Shown: positions 19,862-30,225, counted from the first letter of the stretch. The stretch is DNA of 64,000 nucleotides from Meiothermus sp. (GCA_033762915.1 JANRLD010000081.1:1-64000), one strand, 5' to 3'. Program-made: numbers and translations. Notes: generated by a model not told the origin, from the sequence alone.

Positions 19862-20332
19862 ATGGCACGCGAAGTCAAGCTTACGAAGTCTGGGTACGAC
19901 CGCCTAGTGGCCGATCTCGAGCAGGAGCGCATCCGTCTGCAAGAGGCGACCCGCATTCTGCAAGAGCTGATGGAGTCCTCCGACGATTACGACGACTCCG
20001 GCATGGAGGACGCCAAGCGTGAGAAGGGCCGCATCGAGTCGCGCATCGAGTCGCTGACCGACACCCTCAGCCGGGCCGAAATCCTCGAGGAGGACGGCAG
20101 CCCGGTTAAGGTGGTGAGCCTGGGGGCGACGGTTCACCTTAAGGCCAAGGACGGCGATATGGACGTGCAGGTGGTGGCCCCCGCAGAGGCAAGCGTCTTG
20201 GAGCGTCCCATGAAGATCTCCGACGAGTCCCCGATGGGCAAGGCCCTGCTGGGCCAGAAGGTGGGGGCCAAGGTGATGCTCGAAACCCCCAAGGGCAAGA
20301 AAGAGTTCAAGATCGAAGCGGTTAAGCACTAA
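19862..20332 (+). CDS. gfh1: Gre-family transcription factor Gfh1
   Basis: MAREVKLTK..LQELMESSDDYDDSG acidic tip characteristic of Thermus Gfh1; ISDESPMGKALLG; GGAGG RBS. Confidence 0.9.
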   Translation: MAREVKLTKSGYDRLVADLEQERIRLQEATRILQELMESSDDYDDSGMEDAKREKGRIESRIESLTDTLSRAEILEEDGSPVKVVSLGATVHLKAKDGDMDVQVVAPAEASVLERPMKISDESPMGKALLGQKVGAKVMLETPKGKKEFKIEAVKH

Positions 20333-20444
20333 GCGCCAGGGTGGGTCTGCGAAACCTGCGACGGCGACCAACACCTGCCTGGTGCCATCCCCCTGGTGCG
20401 TTTTCGGTTGCATCGCGCAGGCCTAGTTGAACTTGGTGTGGCAA

Positions 20445-20477
20445 GCAAAAACCGGGGGCTTTGCCCCCGGTTTTTGC
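20445..20477. terminator. Bidirectional intrinsic terminator
   Basis: GCAAAAACCGGGGGC-TTT-GCCCCCGGTTTTTGC between convergent genes. Confidence 0.85.
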
Positions 20478-20484
20478 CTGGACA

Positions 20485-21201
20485 CTAACGCTTAGTCGCC
20501 GTCTCCTGGCCTTCCTTTTGGCTGTCAAAGTCTTGCCAGTAGCCCACCAACGAGCCGTTACGCTGGAGCTCGTAGATGTTGACACTAGGAACGTTCCCGG
20601 CGTTGAAGGAGACCGCCAGGTAGCCCGCGAAGTCGGAGGCCACGCCGTTCCAGGTCTCGTTGCCGCTCACGAAGGTGGCCTTGTAGCCGTCACCGAAAGG
20701 GGTCAGGCTGAGGCTGCCGGTGTAGCTGCTGCCGTCGGGGTTCTTGCCCGCGACGTTGTAGACGCCGCTGTAGTCGTAGCGGGCGGCGCTGGTGGGGGTG
20801 GAGGGCACCAGGCTGAATCTCCGGGCCGCCAGGGTAGCGATTTCGGAACCCTCCTTGGCGTTGGCGGCGCTCTGCCAGAAGCCCTCGAGGGTGTTGTTAC
20901 CCGAGACCTTGTAGATCGAGATCACCGGGTCGGTCCCGTCCAGGAAAGCCACCGCCAGGTAGTCGCCGATGTCGTTGGCGATGCCCCTCCAGGTCTCGTT
21001 GCCAAAGACCGCGGTGACCCGGTAGCCGTCGCCAAAGGGGGTGACGGTCATCGAGCCGGTGTAGTTGCTGCCGTCGGGGTTCTTGCCCGCAAGCGTGTAG
21101 GCCCCGCTGTAGTCGGTACGGGTCTGCTGGGCCAGGGCCCCCCCGCTTAAAAGAGTCACTACCATCAGGATGAAAGCAATCAGTCGGAGTGAAGTCTTCA
21201 T
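20485..21201 (-). CDS. Secreted protein with two tandem ~100-aa beta-rich domains
   Basis: Signal peptide ending ALAQ; repeat DYSG.Y..AGKNPDGS.YTGS...TPFGDGY..GNETW.G.A.D...YLAV.F. Confidence 0.85.
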   Translation of the reverse strand: MKTSLRLIAFILMVVTLLSGGALAQQTRTDYSGAYTLAGKNPDGSNYTGSMTVTPFGDGYRVTAVFGNETWRGIANDIGDYLAVAFLDGTDPVISIYKVSGNNTLEGFWQSAANAKEGSEIATLAARRFSLVPSTPTSAARYDYSGVYNVAGKNPDGSSYTGSLSLTPFGDGYKATFVSGNETWNGVASDFAGYLAVSFNAGNVPSVNIYELQRNGSLVGYWQDFDSQKEGQETATKR

Positions 21202-21526
21202 TATCTAACCACCCTTTCATGAGGCACCGGCCTACCCTGCATTCTTTAGGCTATAGATGCGTAATGAGTGTAGAGCAAACACTTAATCCCGTCAAAGGCC
21301 GTAACGGACCATTCGCGTTTGAAGTCACGATCTCGCGCCATCACGGGCTTTCAAACCCAGGCTCACGCGTCTCGCAGCCGCGACTCCTCAGGGCCGACCA
21401 GCAACCCCGGATTTCGCTCCCACACCCCGTCCCAACCGTAATTACGGCTATAACTGTACCGCTCTCGAGGGTTCCCTGGCAGCACTTCTTGTCAGGGCTC
21501 GCGCGCGCGTTTCGGGGTCGGGAGGG

Positions 21527-22045
21527 CTAGCGCCTACGCCTTTTCCCAGTCAGCGTGGCCCCGTGGTCGGGGGCCACGCCGTCGGCGATCAGGTGCATCC
21601 ACTGCGAGACGTAATAGCCCGTCCCAAGAGCGATCAGGACCTCCTGGGGCGGCACCTTGAGCTGGGCACGGAGGTCGAACTCGAGGCCCAGATAGCCCGC
21701 CAACGCTAGCACAATCCAATACAAAACCGCCCCCACCGCGCCCATGTACAGCAGCCGGGTCAGCGGCCCGACCAGCCAGGTGTGCGAGAGTCCCCGGTGC
21801 GAGAACATCCAGCCGTAAGGCACCCAGAACAGTCCCAGCACCCCCCAGCGCCCCTTGGCCCGCACGTTCTGCTCGGCCAGGTCGAGGTCGGGCGTAACCA
21901 GGAAGGTGCCCCACAAGTAGGCCGCCGCAAAGGCGATGGCGGTGGACTCGGCCACGCCCAACTGCGGCTGGTACGCCAGGTAGGCGGCAGTTCCCAGCCC
22001 CAGGGCGCTGAGGTTGATGGCTTCGTGAACCCGGCCCGATGGCAC
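21527..22045 (-). CDS. DUF2227-type metal-binding membrane protein
   Basis: PSGRVH, TPDLDL, WVPYG..FSHRGLSH, QWMHLIAD; TATACT before GTG. Confidence 0.85.
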   Translation of the reverse strand: MPSGRVHEAINLSALGLGTAAYLAYQPQLGVAESTAIAFAAAYLWGTFLVTPDLDLAEQNVRAKGRWGVLGLFWVPYGWMFSHRGLSHTWLVGPLTRLLYMGAVGAVLYWIVLALAGYLGLEFDLRAQLKVPPQEVLIALGTGYYVSQWMHLIADGVAPDHGATLTGKRRRR

Positions 22046-22572
22046 GCCCCAGTATAACGGTATCCACGTAAACACCAGGCCGGCTATAGCCAAAAACCGA
22101 ACGGGCGTGGTATTGTTTTCAACGTATTTTAAACCCTCTGCTTCGCCAAAAACACTGGTGTTACTTCATACTGGGCCGCCCTGTGATATTTGACCAAAGT
22201 TACTTTTTGTCGTCCCATATTGTATAAATCAACAGTACCATCGAGAAATCATGCTCCCGTCTCATCCAAGGCGGACGGGAATGTGCTAACATTTATAGCC
22301 GTGACTGTGGAGCCTCGAATAACTACAGCTCAAGCTACACAGACTGTAGCCGCTCGAGGCCAAAACCCCCTCACCCCAACCATCGCCGCCCCTGTTTTCG
22401 CTGCATCGCCCATCCGTCCCGTCTTCTTCAGCCACCGCTTTTCTGCGGTGGCTTAACTTTTTGCAGGCGTGATTCGGGCCGCGTTGTAGTGGTGTGTTGG
22501 TGTCGAGGAGCCCACGGTACATCCCGCTTCAGTCCCTTGGGGCCGCTGAGGGAACGTGAAAGGAGACACGTT

Positions 22573-23067
22573 GTGAGCGAATACCGTCCTGGAGATAAGG
22601 TTGTTTTACCGCCGTACGGCGTAGGGGTCGTGGCCGGGATCGCCCAGCGTTCGATTGCAGGCTCTGACAAGTCGTTCTACCAGGTGGACTTCCCCGGGAC
22701 CCGCTCCAAGGCCTACGTTCCGGTCGAGACCCCCCAGAACACCCGCCTCCGCCGCGCCCTCTCGCCCAATCAGGTGCAGGAGATTCTGGGTCTGTTGCGC
22801 GACGGACGGCTCCCGCTTCCGCGCCAGTGGGCCGCCCGGCACCGCAAGACCACCGAAATCCTGGCCGACGGCGACCCCTTCCGTATCGCCACCCTGGCCG
22901 GTCAGCTCCGCGCCTGGGAACTCGAGAAGGGCCTCCCCGACCTCGACCGCCAAGCCCTGCGCCGCGCCATGCAGCTCCTGGCCGAGGAGATTTCCCAGGT
23001 CATGGATATGGGCCTCGAGGACGCCCGCAAGCTGTTCGAGGAGTCGGTGGGCGAGGGTCTGAACTAA
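22573..23067 (+). CDS. carD: CarD family transcription factor
   Basis: YRPGDKVVLPPYGVGVV, RQWAARHR; AGGAG RBS at 22561. Confidence 0.92.
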   Translation: MSEYRPGDKVVLPPYGVGVVAGIAQRSIAGSDKSFYQVDFPGTRSKAYVPVETPQNTRLRRALSPNQVQEILGLLRDGRLPLPRQWAARHRKTTEILADGDPFRIATLAGQLRAWELEKGLPDLDRQALRRAMQLLAEEISQVMDMGLEDARKLFEESVGEGLN

Positions 23068-23089
23068 GACGACCGAAAACCAGCCTTGT

Positions 23090-23117
23090 AAAAAAGTCCC
23101 CGTTGGGGGCTTTTTTT
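23090..23117. terminator. Intrinsic terminator after carD (possibly bidirectional)
   Basis: AAAAAAGTCCCC-GTT-GGGGGCTTTTTTT. Confidence 0.8.
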
Positions 23118-23129
23118 GTTGGGCAAAGA

Positions 23130-23420
23130 GGACGGAATCTCAGCGGCGGGGATGTTTCGCCGGTCCAGCTCGACGAACTCCGGGACGAAGTCGTAGCCCG
23201 TCCACGACGCCGCCCTGGGACCGAAGCGATCGGCGTCCTTGCCCTCGGCGCAGCCCGCCTTGAGGACGCGGGTCTGCGGGGTGAGGAGGGGCTCAAGCAG
23301 GGCGCCGAACAGCTCCTCCCCGCCGGGGGCCTCCAAGACCTGATTCCAGGGGTAGAAGTAACCGCCCTGAGTCTGGGCGAGATGGTGGAACCAGGCTCGA
23401 GACTGGGGCCGCACGGCCAC
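23130..23420 (-). pseudogene. Truncated class I SAM-dependent methyltransferase
   Basis: LTPQTRVLKAGCAEG (motif I-like) and WTGYDFVPEF (motif II-like); the frame then runs into the carD terminator. Confidence 0.6.
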
Positions 23421-23423
23421 AGC

Positions 23424-24173
23424 TTACTTCGGCTTCGCGCCCACGTAGCGCGTCGCCGTCCAGATTAGCACCACCGCGAAGACCATCCGCAGCCAGAACT
23501 CGGGCAACTGGTTGGCCACCACGCCGCCCGCGGCCGCGCCCGCGACAATGCCCAGCACCAACCCCGGCACCACCTCCTGGGCCAGGTTGCCGTGGCGGTA
23601 GTGGGTGTACGAGCCCACCAGCGCCGAGGGCACCATCGCCAGCAGCGAGGTGCCCTGCGCGGTGTGCTGCTCGAGGCCCGCTAGCAACACCATGATGGGC
23701 ACGGTGATGGTACCCCCACCCACGCCCAGCAGCCCCGAGGCAAAGCCCCCGATGGCCCCCGCCAGCGCCAGCGGAAGCACCCGGATCCAGCCCTCGAGGG
23801 GCTCCTGAATGTGGGGGATGTAGGGCTTGAGCAGCAGCAGCAGGGCCACGAAGATCAGATACCAGCCAAAGAACCGCTTGAGCCGCCACTCCGGCAGCCG
23901 GTTGGCGAACAACGCCCCGAAGCGTGCCGTAATCATGGCGGTGGGGAAGATCAGGGCGGCGGCCACCCAGTCCACGGTGCCCTGCAGGGCGTAGGTGATA
24001 GCCCCCACCAGGCCGGTGAAGACCACCATCACCAAGCTGGTCGCCACTGCCTTGTGCTGGCTTAGCTTGAGGAAGACGTTCATCAGCGGCATCGCCACGA
24101 TCCCGCCGCCCAGACCCACCACCCCACCAAACAGCCCCGAAACCAGGCCGATCCAGAGGCTCGTAAAGTTCAC
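23424..24173 (-). CDS. TauE/SafE family (TSUP) permease
   Basis: Two repeats of GGxxGxGGGxxxxP; AVATSL/AQGTSL; TATAAA before GTG. Confidence 0.9.
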   Translation of the reverse strand: MNFTSLWIGLVSGLFGGVVGLGGGIVAMPLMNVFLKLSQHKAVATSLVMVVFTGLVGAITYALQGTVDWVAAALIFPTAMITARFGALFANRLPEWRLKRFFGWYLIFVALLLLLKPYIPHIQEPLEGWIRVLPLALAGAIGGFASGLLGVGGGTITVPIMVLLAGLEQHTAQGTSLLAMVPSALVGSYTHYRHGNLAQEVVPGLVLGIVAGAAAGGVVANQLPEFWLRMVFAVVLIWTATRYVGAKPK

Positions 24174-24320
24174 AGGCTGTTTATACCACGTGCGCGAGAT
24201 TTTAGATTCAAAACTTGGGCGGGGTCGAGGGTCTGGGTCAGGCCGAAGCGGGCTTACGGAGTCCTCGAGGGGCGATTGCGGCACGCCGCCCGCGCCTTGC
24301 CTGTCGACCCTCGGCACCCA

Positions 24321-25298
24321 TCACAGCCAGCCCTTCAGCCACCGCAGCCAGTTGGCGTTCAGGATGTTCTCGCGCTGCTCGACGGGAACCAAACCGCTGA
24401 GCTTGCGCAGGTCGGCGGGCTCGTCGAGACCTTGGGGGTTGTCGTCACGGCCGAAGCCACCGTCGAAGTCCGAGCCGATGCCCACCTTGTCCCAACCGAT
24501 CTGGCCCGCGACGTGCTCGAGATGTTCCTGAACAATGTTGAGCCCCACCCGATCCATGCCGCGCTGCCAGCCGCTCACCAGAAAGGCGTTAAACAGCACA
24601 ATCCCGATCACGCCCTGGCGCTGGCCGATGGCCCTGATCATGGGGTCGCTGAGGTGGCGGTTGGTGGAGGGGACGAAGCGGCGGGGGTTGGCGTGGGAGG
24701 CGCAGACCGGGCCTTTGAAGACCTCGAGGGCCTCCCAGAAAGCCTCCTCGTCCATGTGGGCGAAGTCCAGGCCCACCCGCGCCTCGTCCATCGCGCGTAG
24801 CAGCTCCACGCCCAGATCGGTCAGGCCGCCGGGCTCGGAAGTACCGCCGCAGTAGCGCGTTCGCCGCCAAGCCGGGCCGATCAGCCGCACCCCCTGCTGC
24901 CGCCAGAAAGCCACCTCGCCCGGCTCGCGGACCGGTTCGGCCCCTTCGATTAAGATCAGCAGGCCCGGTATTTTGTCGCGCTTCCACTTGGTCAGATGCG
25001 ACTCGAGTTCCACCGAGTTTCGCACGATGCGGGCGTAGCCCAGCTCCTCCCAGCGCTGGTAGACCTCGAGCTGCCGCAGGGCCTGCATGTGGGCGCTCTG
25101 GGGGTCGGGGAACAGGCTGGGGCTGACCCACAGGGTGGCGAAGCACAGCGCCACCCCGCCCCGGCGCAGCGAGGGCAGCGTGACCACGGGAATGTCGGGG
25201 TGATGATCCCTGGCCCGCAAATCCTCGAGCGGCAGCAGCAAGTTACGCCCCAGATCCACCACGTTGTGGGCTAAATCCAGGTGTGCGTCTACAATCAT
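24321..25298 (-). CDS. Membrane dipeptidase (peptidase M19)
   Basis: IVDAHLD, IEGAE, DFAH, ASHAN, RHLSD, GIGSDFDGG. Confidence 0.92.
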   Translation of the reverse strand: MIVDAHLDLAHNVVDLGRNLLLPLEDLRARDHHPDIPVVTLPSLRRGGVALCFATLWVSPSLFPDPQSAHMQALRQLEVYQRWEELGYARIVRNSVELESHLTKWKRDKIPGLLILIEGAEPVREPGEVAFWRQQGVRLIGPAWRRTRYCGGTSEPGGLTDLGVELLRAMDEARVGLDFAHMDEEAFWEALEVFKGPVCASHANPRRFVPSTNRHLSDPMIRAIGQRQGVIGIVLFNAFLVSGWQRGMDRVGLNIVQEHLEHVAGQIGWDKVGIGSDFDGGFGRDDNPQGLDEPADLRKLSGLVPVEQRENILNANWLRWLKGWL

Positions 25299-25387
25299 GG
25301 CCCCACTTTATAGGACAGAAGGAGGGAAGAGCAAAGAGAAGCCGCGATGCGCGTGGCCCCTGTTTTCGGGTTCCCTTTTTTCTGCCC

Positions 25388-26107
25388 CTAGGGCTGACGG
25401 TTAATTAGCAAGTACGCCACCACGATCAGCAGCAGCCAGACCCACCAGCGGCCCGCGAACATCGAGGGGCGGGGCAGGGGGTTGGCAGAACTCGAGCCAG
25501 CACCGGAGGAGCGGCTGGGGCGAACAGGGGCCCGCATCTGCAGGCGCTGGGCCTTTTTGATGTGGCTGACCGACTTGCTGAGGTCGCCCTTCTTGCGGTA
25601 GGCGGCCCCCAGGTTGTGGTGGGCCATGGCGTACTCGGGGTGAAGCCTAAGCACCTCCTCGTAGACCTTGATGGCCTCGTCGGTCTGCCCCGACTCCAAG
25701 AGCAGGTTGCCCAGGTTGGTCTTGGCCCGGAAGTGGCCCCTGTCCCGCTCGAGCGCGCGCTCGAAATCGGCCCTGGCCCCTTCCCGGTCGCCCGAGCGTA
25801 TCTTGAGCAACCCCAGGTTTGTCCAGGCCTCCGCGCCCAGCAAGGGGTCGGCAGTGTGGGCCTCGAGGCGGGCCGGGTCTTCGGACTCGAAGTCCTCGAG
25901 GGCCGCCTTCACCCGCTCTCCTTCCACATAGCCCGCCGCCAGGTCGCCGTCTTGCTCGAGGGTCTTGCGCACCTTGGCGTACTCCTTCAGCCGCAGCCAG
26001 TCCCGCAGCTCCAAGATGACCCCCAGCGCGTCGGCGTTGCCCTGCGCCCCCGCCAACATCCGCGCGCGCGCCTCGTCGTACTGCCCCGCCTGAATCAGCT
26101 CGTCCAT
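25388..26107 (-). CDS. TPR-repeat protein with C-terminal membrane anchor
   Basis: Three TPRs (AEAWTNLG, AKTNLG, AHHNLG) and a terminal TM helix. Confidence 0.88.
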   Translation of the reverse strand: MDELIQAGQYDEARARMLAGAQGNADALGVILELRDWLRLKEYAKVRKTLEQDGDLAAGYVEGERVKAALEDFESEDPARLEAHTADPLLGAEAWTNLGLLKIRSGDREGARADFERALERDRGHFRAKTNLGNLLLESGQTDEAIKVYEEVLRLHPEYAMAHHNLGAAYRKKGDLSKSVSHIKKAQRLQMRAPVRPSRSSGAGSSSANPLPRPSMFAGRWWVWLLLIVVAYLLINRQP

Positions 26108-26198
26108 CGTCGGGGACTAGGTTACCGGGTTTTGGGCGGGGTGAATAGGAGTCAGCCGCCCCTGTTCCCTGCTCCCCGTACCCTGTACCCTATTCACC

Positions 26199-28100
26199 GT
26201 GGCCAAGCGCAAAAGCAAACAGTCCCCTGACAAGCCCAAGAAAAGCTTTCAGACGATGCAGCTTTCGCAGGAGTATAGCTGGCTTTCGTTCAACCGGCGG
26301 GTGCTCGAGCAGACCCAGCGGCCCGACTTCCCGCTGCTAGAGCGGCTGCGCTTCCTGGGGATCTGGGCCTCCAACACCGATGAGTTCTACGCCGCCCGCA
26401 TCTCGCGCATCTTCGGGGAGGGGCGCGAGAGCGAGGCCTACACCGAGGTGCTGAACGAGGCCCGCTCACAGGCCGAGGAAGCAGCGCAGGTCTACCGCGA
26501 CTTCTTGAGCCAGCTCGAGCGCCTGAACATCCACATCCTCGAGCCCGCCCAACTCACCAAGCCAGAGTTGCAGTACTTCGGGGCGTATCTGGCCGAGGAG
26601 GTCGCGCCGCGCACCGACCTGCTCGAGATCGACGCCCTGCGCGACCTCAACTCCGACGCGCTGTACTTCGCGGCAGGCGACGGGCTGCTGCAGCACCTGA
26701 TCCGGCTGCCCGAGGGGGTGCCACGGCTGCTGGAGGTACCGGGGCGCGAGGGACACTACGTCCGGTTGGGAGCCTTGCTGCGTGCCCGCTCAGACCTTTT
26801 CTTGCCCCCCCAGCAGCGCCTGCCGCTCTACGAGTTCCGCCTGCTGCGGCTGGCCTCCTTGCAGCGCTCGAGGGCCGACTGGGACGAGTTGCCGGAGGCC
26901 CTCGAGACCCGCCTCGACGGTCAAGTGAGCCACGTCGAACTCGAGGAGGACTTCCCGCTGCTGTGGGCCGAGACCATCCGTACGGTCTTCGGTCTGAAGC
27001 CGCAGGAGGTCTTCCGACTAAGCCCGCCGCTCGACCTGACCCTGGTGGGCACGGTGGTGGCCAGCGGCAAGCCTGCCGAGCTGTTCCCGCCGCTGAAGCC
27101 GCTCAAGCCCAAGGGCTTCGCCGCCAAGCCCTTCGCCTATCTCTCGCAGCGCGACCTGGTGCTCTACCACCCCTTCGAGGACTACGGCAGCGTGGAGGCC
27201 TTCGCCCTCGAGGCCGCCAAAGACCCCAAGGTGGAGGTCATGCGGGCCACCATGTACCGCATCGGGCGCAAGAACGGCATCGCCGAGGCGCTGATGCAGG
27301 CCGCCAAGAACGGAAAGGACGCGGCGGTGCTGCTGGAGGGCCGCGCCCGCTTCGATGAGTTGGCCAACCTCGAGTGGAGCCTGCGCTTCGCCGGGGCTGG
27401 GGTGCGGGTGCTGCCGCTTCCCACCAAGAAGGTGCATGCCAAGGCGCTCTACGTGCGGCGCGGCGGCGAGGAGTTTGTCCACTTGGGCACCGGCAACTAC
27501 AACCCAGTCAATGGGCGGCTCTACACCGACCTCTCCCTCTTCACCAGCGAGCCGACCATCACCAAAGACGTGCGGACCTTCTTCAGTGCCCTGGAGCGCC
27601 GCCAGACCCCCGCGCTTAGCGTGCTCCGCACCGCGTCCCCCATTCGCGACGCGCTGCTGGAGGCCATCGCGGGGGAGGCCCACAAGAAGGGCCACGTGAT
27701 CCTTAAGTTCAACCACCTGACCGACACCGCTGTGCTGCAAGCCCTCGAGGAGGCCATGCTCAAGGGGGCCAAGGTCGAGATCATCGCCCGCTCCACCCTG
27801 ACCTCGCTCTGGACGGGGATGCACATCAGGAGCCTGGTCGGGCGCTACCTCGAGCACGCCCGGATCGCCGCCTTCAAGGCCAAGGGCAAGTGGAGCGTCT
27901 GGGCCAGCAGCGCCGACGTGATGCCGCGCAACCTCGACGGGCGCTTCGAGTTGTTCTTCCCCATCGTCGACCCCAAGGCCAAGCGCAAGGTGCTGGATAT
28001 TCTCGAGGCCCAGCTCTCCGACGATCGCAACACCTACGTGCTCAAGCCCGGCGGGCAGGAGGCCCGGTGGGGCGGGAAGAAGGACGGGCAGAAGTTGTGA
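26199..28100 (+). CDS. ppk1: Polyphosphate kinase 1
   Basis: EYSWLSFNRRVL, YHPFE, TMYR, ARFDE, KVHAK, HLGTGNYN, GRYLEHAR, SADVMPRNL. Confidence 0.93.
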   Translation: MAKRKSKQSPDKPKKSFQTMQLSQEYSWLSFNRRVLEQTQRPDFPLLERLRFLGIWASNTDEFYAARISRIFGEGRESEAYTEVLNEARSQAEEAAQVYRDFLSQLERLNIHILEPAQLTKPELQYFGAYLAEEVAPRTDLLEIDALRDLNSDALYFAAGDGLLQHLIRLPEGVPRLLEVPGREGHYVRLGALLRARSDLFLPPQQRLPLYEFRLLRLASLQRSRADWDELPEALETRLDGQVSHVELEEDFPLLWAETIRTVFGLKPQEVFRLSPPLDLTLVGTVVASGKPAELFPPLKPLKPKGFAAKPFAYLSQRDLVLYHPFEDYGSVEAFALEAAKDPKVEVMRATMYRIGRKNGIAEALMQAAKNGKDAAVLLEGRARFDELANLEWSLRFAGAGVRVLPLPTKKVHAKALYVRRGGEEFVHLGTGNYNPVNGRLYTDLSLFTSEPTITKDVRTFFSALERRQTPALSVLRTASPIRDALLEAIAGEAHKKGHVILKFNHLTDTAVLQALEEAMLKGAKVEIIARSTLTSLWTGMHIRSLVGRYLEHARIAAFKAKGKWSVWASSADVMPRNLDGRFELFFPIVDPKAKRKVLDILEAQLSDDRNTYVLKPGGQEARWGGKKDGQKL

Positions 28101-28128
28101 GCAGAGGAGAGGAGAAAAGTCAAAACCC

Positions 28129-28209
28129 AATCCCCCCCACCCCCCTTGAGGCTCGCCACCCGCTGATTTGCGGGTTGCTCAGCGCAAGCTGATCGCCCAA
28201 AGGGGGGCT
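28129..28209. repeat. C-rich/G-rich REP-like hairpin with nested stem-loop
   Basis: AATCCCCCCCACCCCCCTTG...CAAAGGGGGGCT enclosing ACCCGC-TGATTT-GCGGGT; single copy in window. Confidence 0.4.
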
Positions 28210-28396
28210 CCTTCACCGCCCAGCAACTCGATTTGCCGAGGTCGTAGGAGCCTCACTTTGAGCCAATCAGATTGCTCTTTGGGGCTCGTTAACTTTCTAG
28301 TGACAGTACCCAAGGGGGAAGGGGGAATCGCCTTTGTCTTTTCTCCCCCTCCCCCTGCCCTTTTAATCTCGCCCCCAAACCCGTACAATCGCGGGC

Positions 28397-29248
28397 GTGA
28401 GCCCTGCGGTCAGGCGGATCGTGCAGTCGGAGTGCCTCGAGTACATCGCCACCCTCGAGCCTGCCGCCTTCCCTCTGATTTACATCGACCCGCCTTTTAA
28501 CACCCAGAAGACCCAGCGCCGAAGCCGGTTCAGGGCCACCCAGGACGAGAGCGGCGGGCGTACGGGTTTTGGGGGCAAACGCTACAAGACCGTTTCGCTC
28601 GAGTCGCCCGTCTACCGCGACGCCTTCGACGACTTTCTGGGCTTCCTGCAGCCGCGCCTGCTCGAGGCCCACCGGCTGCTCTCCCCTACCGGCTCGCTGT
28701 TCGTACACCTCGACTACCACGAGGTGCACTACGCCAAGGTACTGCTCGACGAGATTTTCGGCCGGGCCTCGTTTGTCAACGAGATCATCTGGGCCTACGA
28801 CTACGGCGGGCGGGGCCGCAACCGCTGGCCCGCCAAGCACGACACCATCCTGTTCTACGCCAAAGACCCCGACCGCTACACCTTCAACTACGAGGCCATC
28901 GACCGCATCCCCTACATGACCCCCAAGATGGTCACGCCCGAGAAAGCCGCCCGCGGCAAGACCCCCACCGACGTCTGGTGGCAGACCATCGTGCCCACCT
29001 CCTCGAGGGAAAAGACCGGCTACCCCACCCAGAAGCCCCTGAAGCTTCTCGAGCGCATTGTCAAGGTGCATTCCAACCCCGGCGACACCGTGCTCGACTT
29101 TTTCGCCGGCTCGGGCACCACCGGCGAGGCTGCCGCCAAGCACGGGCGGGGCTTCGTGCTGGTGGACCAGAGCCCGCAGGCCATGGCGGTGATGGCCAAG
29201 CGCTTGGCCGCCTACGGGCCAGAAATCGTCCAAACCCCAGCCCCTTGA
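28397..29248 (+). CDS. Orphan beta-class N4/N6 DNA methyltransferase
   Basis: IYIDPPF precedes YPTQKP..LDFFAGSGTT; no neighbouring endonuclease; TACAAT before GTG. Confidence 0.92.
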   Translation: MSPAVRRIVQSECLEYIATLEPAAFPLIYIDPPFNTQKTQRRSRFRATQDESGGRTGFGGKRYKTVSLESPVYRDAFDDFLGFLQPRLLEAHRLLSPTGSLFVHLDYHEVHYAKVLLDEIFGRASFVNEIIWAYDYGGRGRNRWPAKHDTILFYAKDPDRYTFNYEAIDRIPYMTPKMVTPEKAARGKTPTDVWWQTIVPTSSREKTGYPTQKPLKLLERIVKVHSNPGDTVLDFFAGSGTTGEAAAKHGRGFVLVDQSPQAMAVMAKRLAAYGPEIVQTPAP

Positions 29249-29332
29249 GCCCCTCGAGCATACCGAAGCCGGCTATTGGCCTTTAGCTCTCTACCCTTGA
29301 CGCTCGCCCCCCGACTCCCGACAATCAACCCC

Positions 29333-30181
29333 ATGCGCCCCATCGTCCGGCACACCCTTGGCAGGTTCGAGCTATTCCTGCTCAACGATGGCGAACTCTG
29401 GCTGGACGGGGGCTCCACCTTCGGGGTCGTGCCCAAGAACCTCTGGTCGAAGCTGACCCGGCCCGATGAGCAGAACCGCATCCGCCTCTCGCTCAACCCC
29501 ATGCTGATCCGGGCCGACGGGCGGTGGGTGCTGGTCGAGACCGGGCTCGACCGCAAGCCGGGCGAGAAGTTCCGGAGCCTCTACGGCCTGAGCGAAGACA
29601 ACCCGGTGCTGCCTCAGCTCGAGGCTCTCGGCGTCCGGCCCGAGGACATCTCCGTCGTCATCAACACCCACCTGCACTTCGACCACGCCGGGCTGAACAC
29701 CCGCCTCGAGGGCGACCGGTTCGTCCCTGTCTTCCCCAAGGCCCGGCACTTCGTGCAGAAGCAGGAGTTGTGGGACGCCACCCACCCCCACGAGCGCAAC
29801 CGGGCCAGCTATCTGATGCACAACGTCGAGCCGATCCTGGGGCAGTTCGAAGTGCTGGAGGGCGAGGCGGAAATCCTGCCCGGCCTGCGGGTGGTGCCGG
29901 TGCCGGGGCACACCCTGGGCATGCAGGCGGTCGAACTCGAGTCCGAGGGGCAGCGGCTGGCCTACACCGCCGACCTGATCCCCAGCATGATCCAGACCCC
30001 GGTGCCCTACATCATGGCCTTTGACCTGTACCCCATGACGACCCTCGAGACCCGCAAGAAGATGTACGCCCGCTGGCAGGGCGGCGACTACCTACTGGCC
30101 TTCACCCACGAGCCCGGATACCCGCTGGGGCGACTGGTGAAGGGGGAGAAGGGGTATTCGGCAGTGGCCCTCGAGGGGTGA
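29333..30181 (+). CDS. MBL-fold metallo-hydrolase (YtnP-like)
   Basis: LDGGSTFGVVPK, THLHFDHAG, PGHT, ADL. Confidence 0.9.
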   Translation: MRPIVRHTLGRFELFLLNDGELWLDGGSTFGVVPKNLWSKLTRPDEQNRIRLSLNPMLIRADGRWVLVETGLDRKPGEKFRSLYGLSEDNPVLPQLEALGVRPEDISVVINTHLHFDHAGLNTRLEGDRFVPVFPKARHFVQKQELWDATHPHERNRASYLMHNVEPILGQFEVLEGEAEILPGLRVVPVPGHTLGMQAVELESEGQRLAYTADLIPSMIQTPVPYIMAFDLYPMTTLETRKKMYARWQGGDYLLAFTHEPGYPLGRLVKGEKGYSAVALEG

Positions 30182-30225
30182 GTGGACATCCTCGAGCAAC
30201 CGCAGCGCACCTGAGCAGAATCGCT

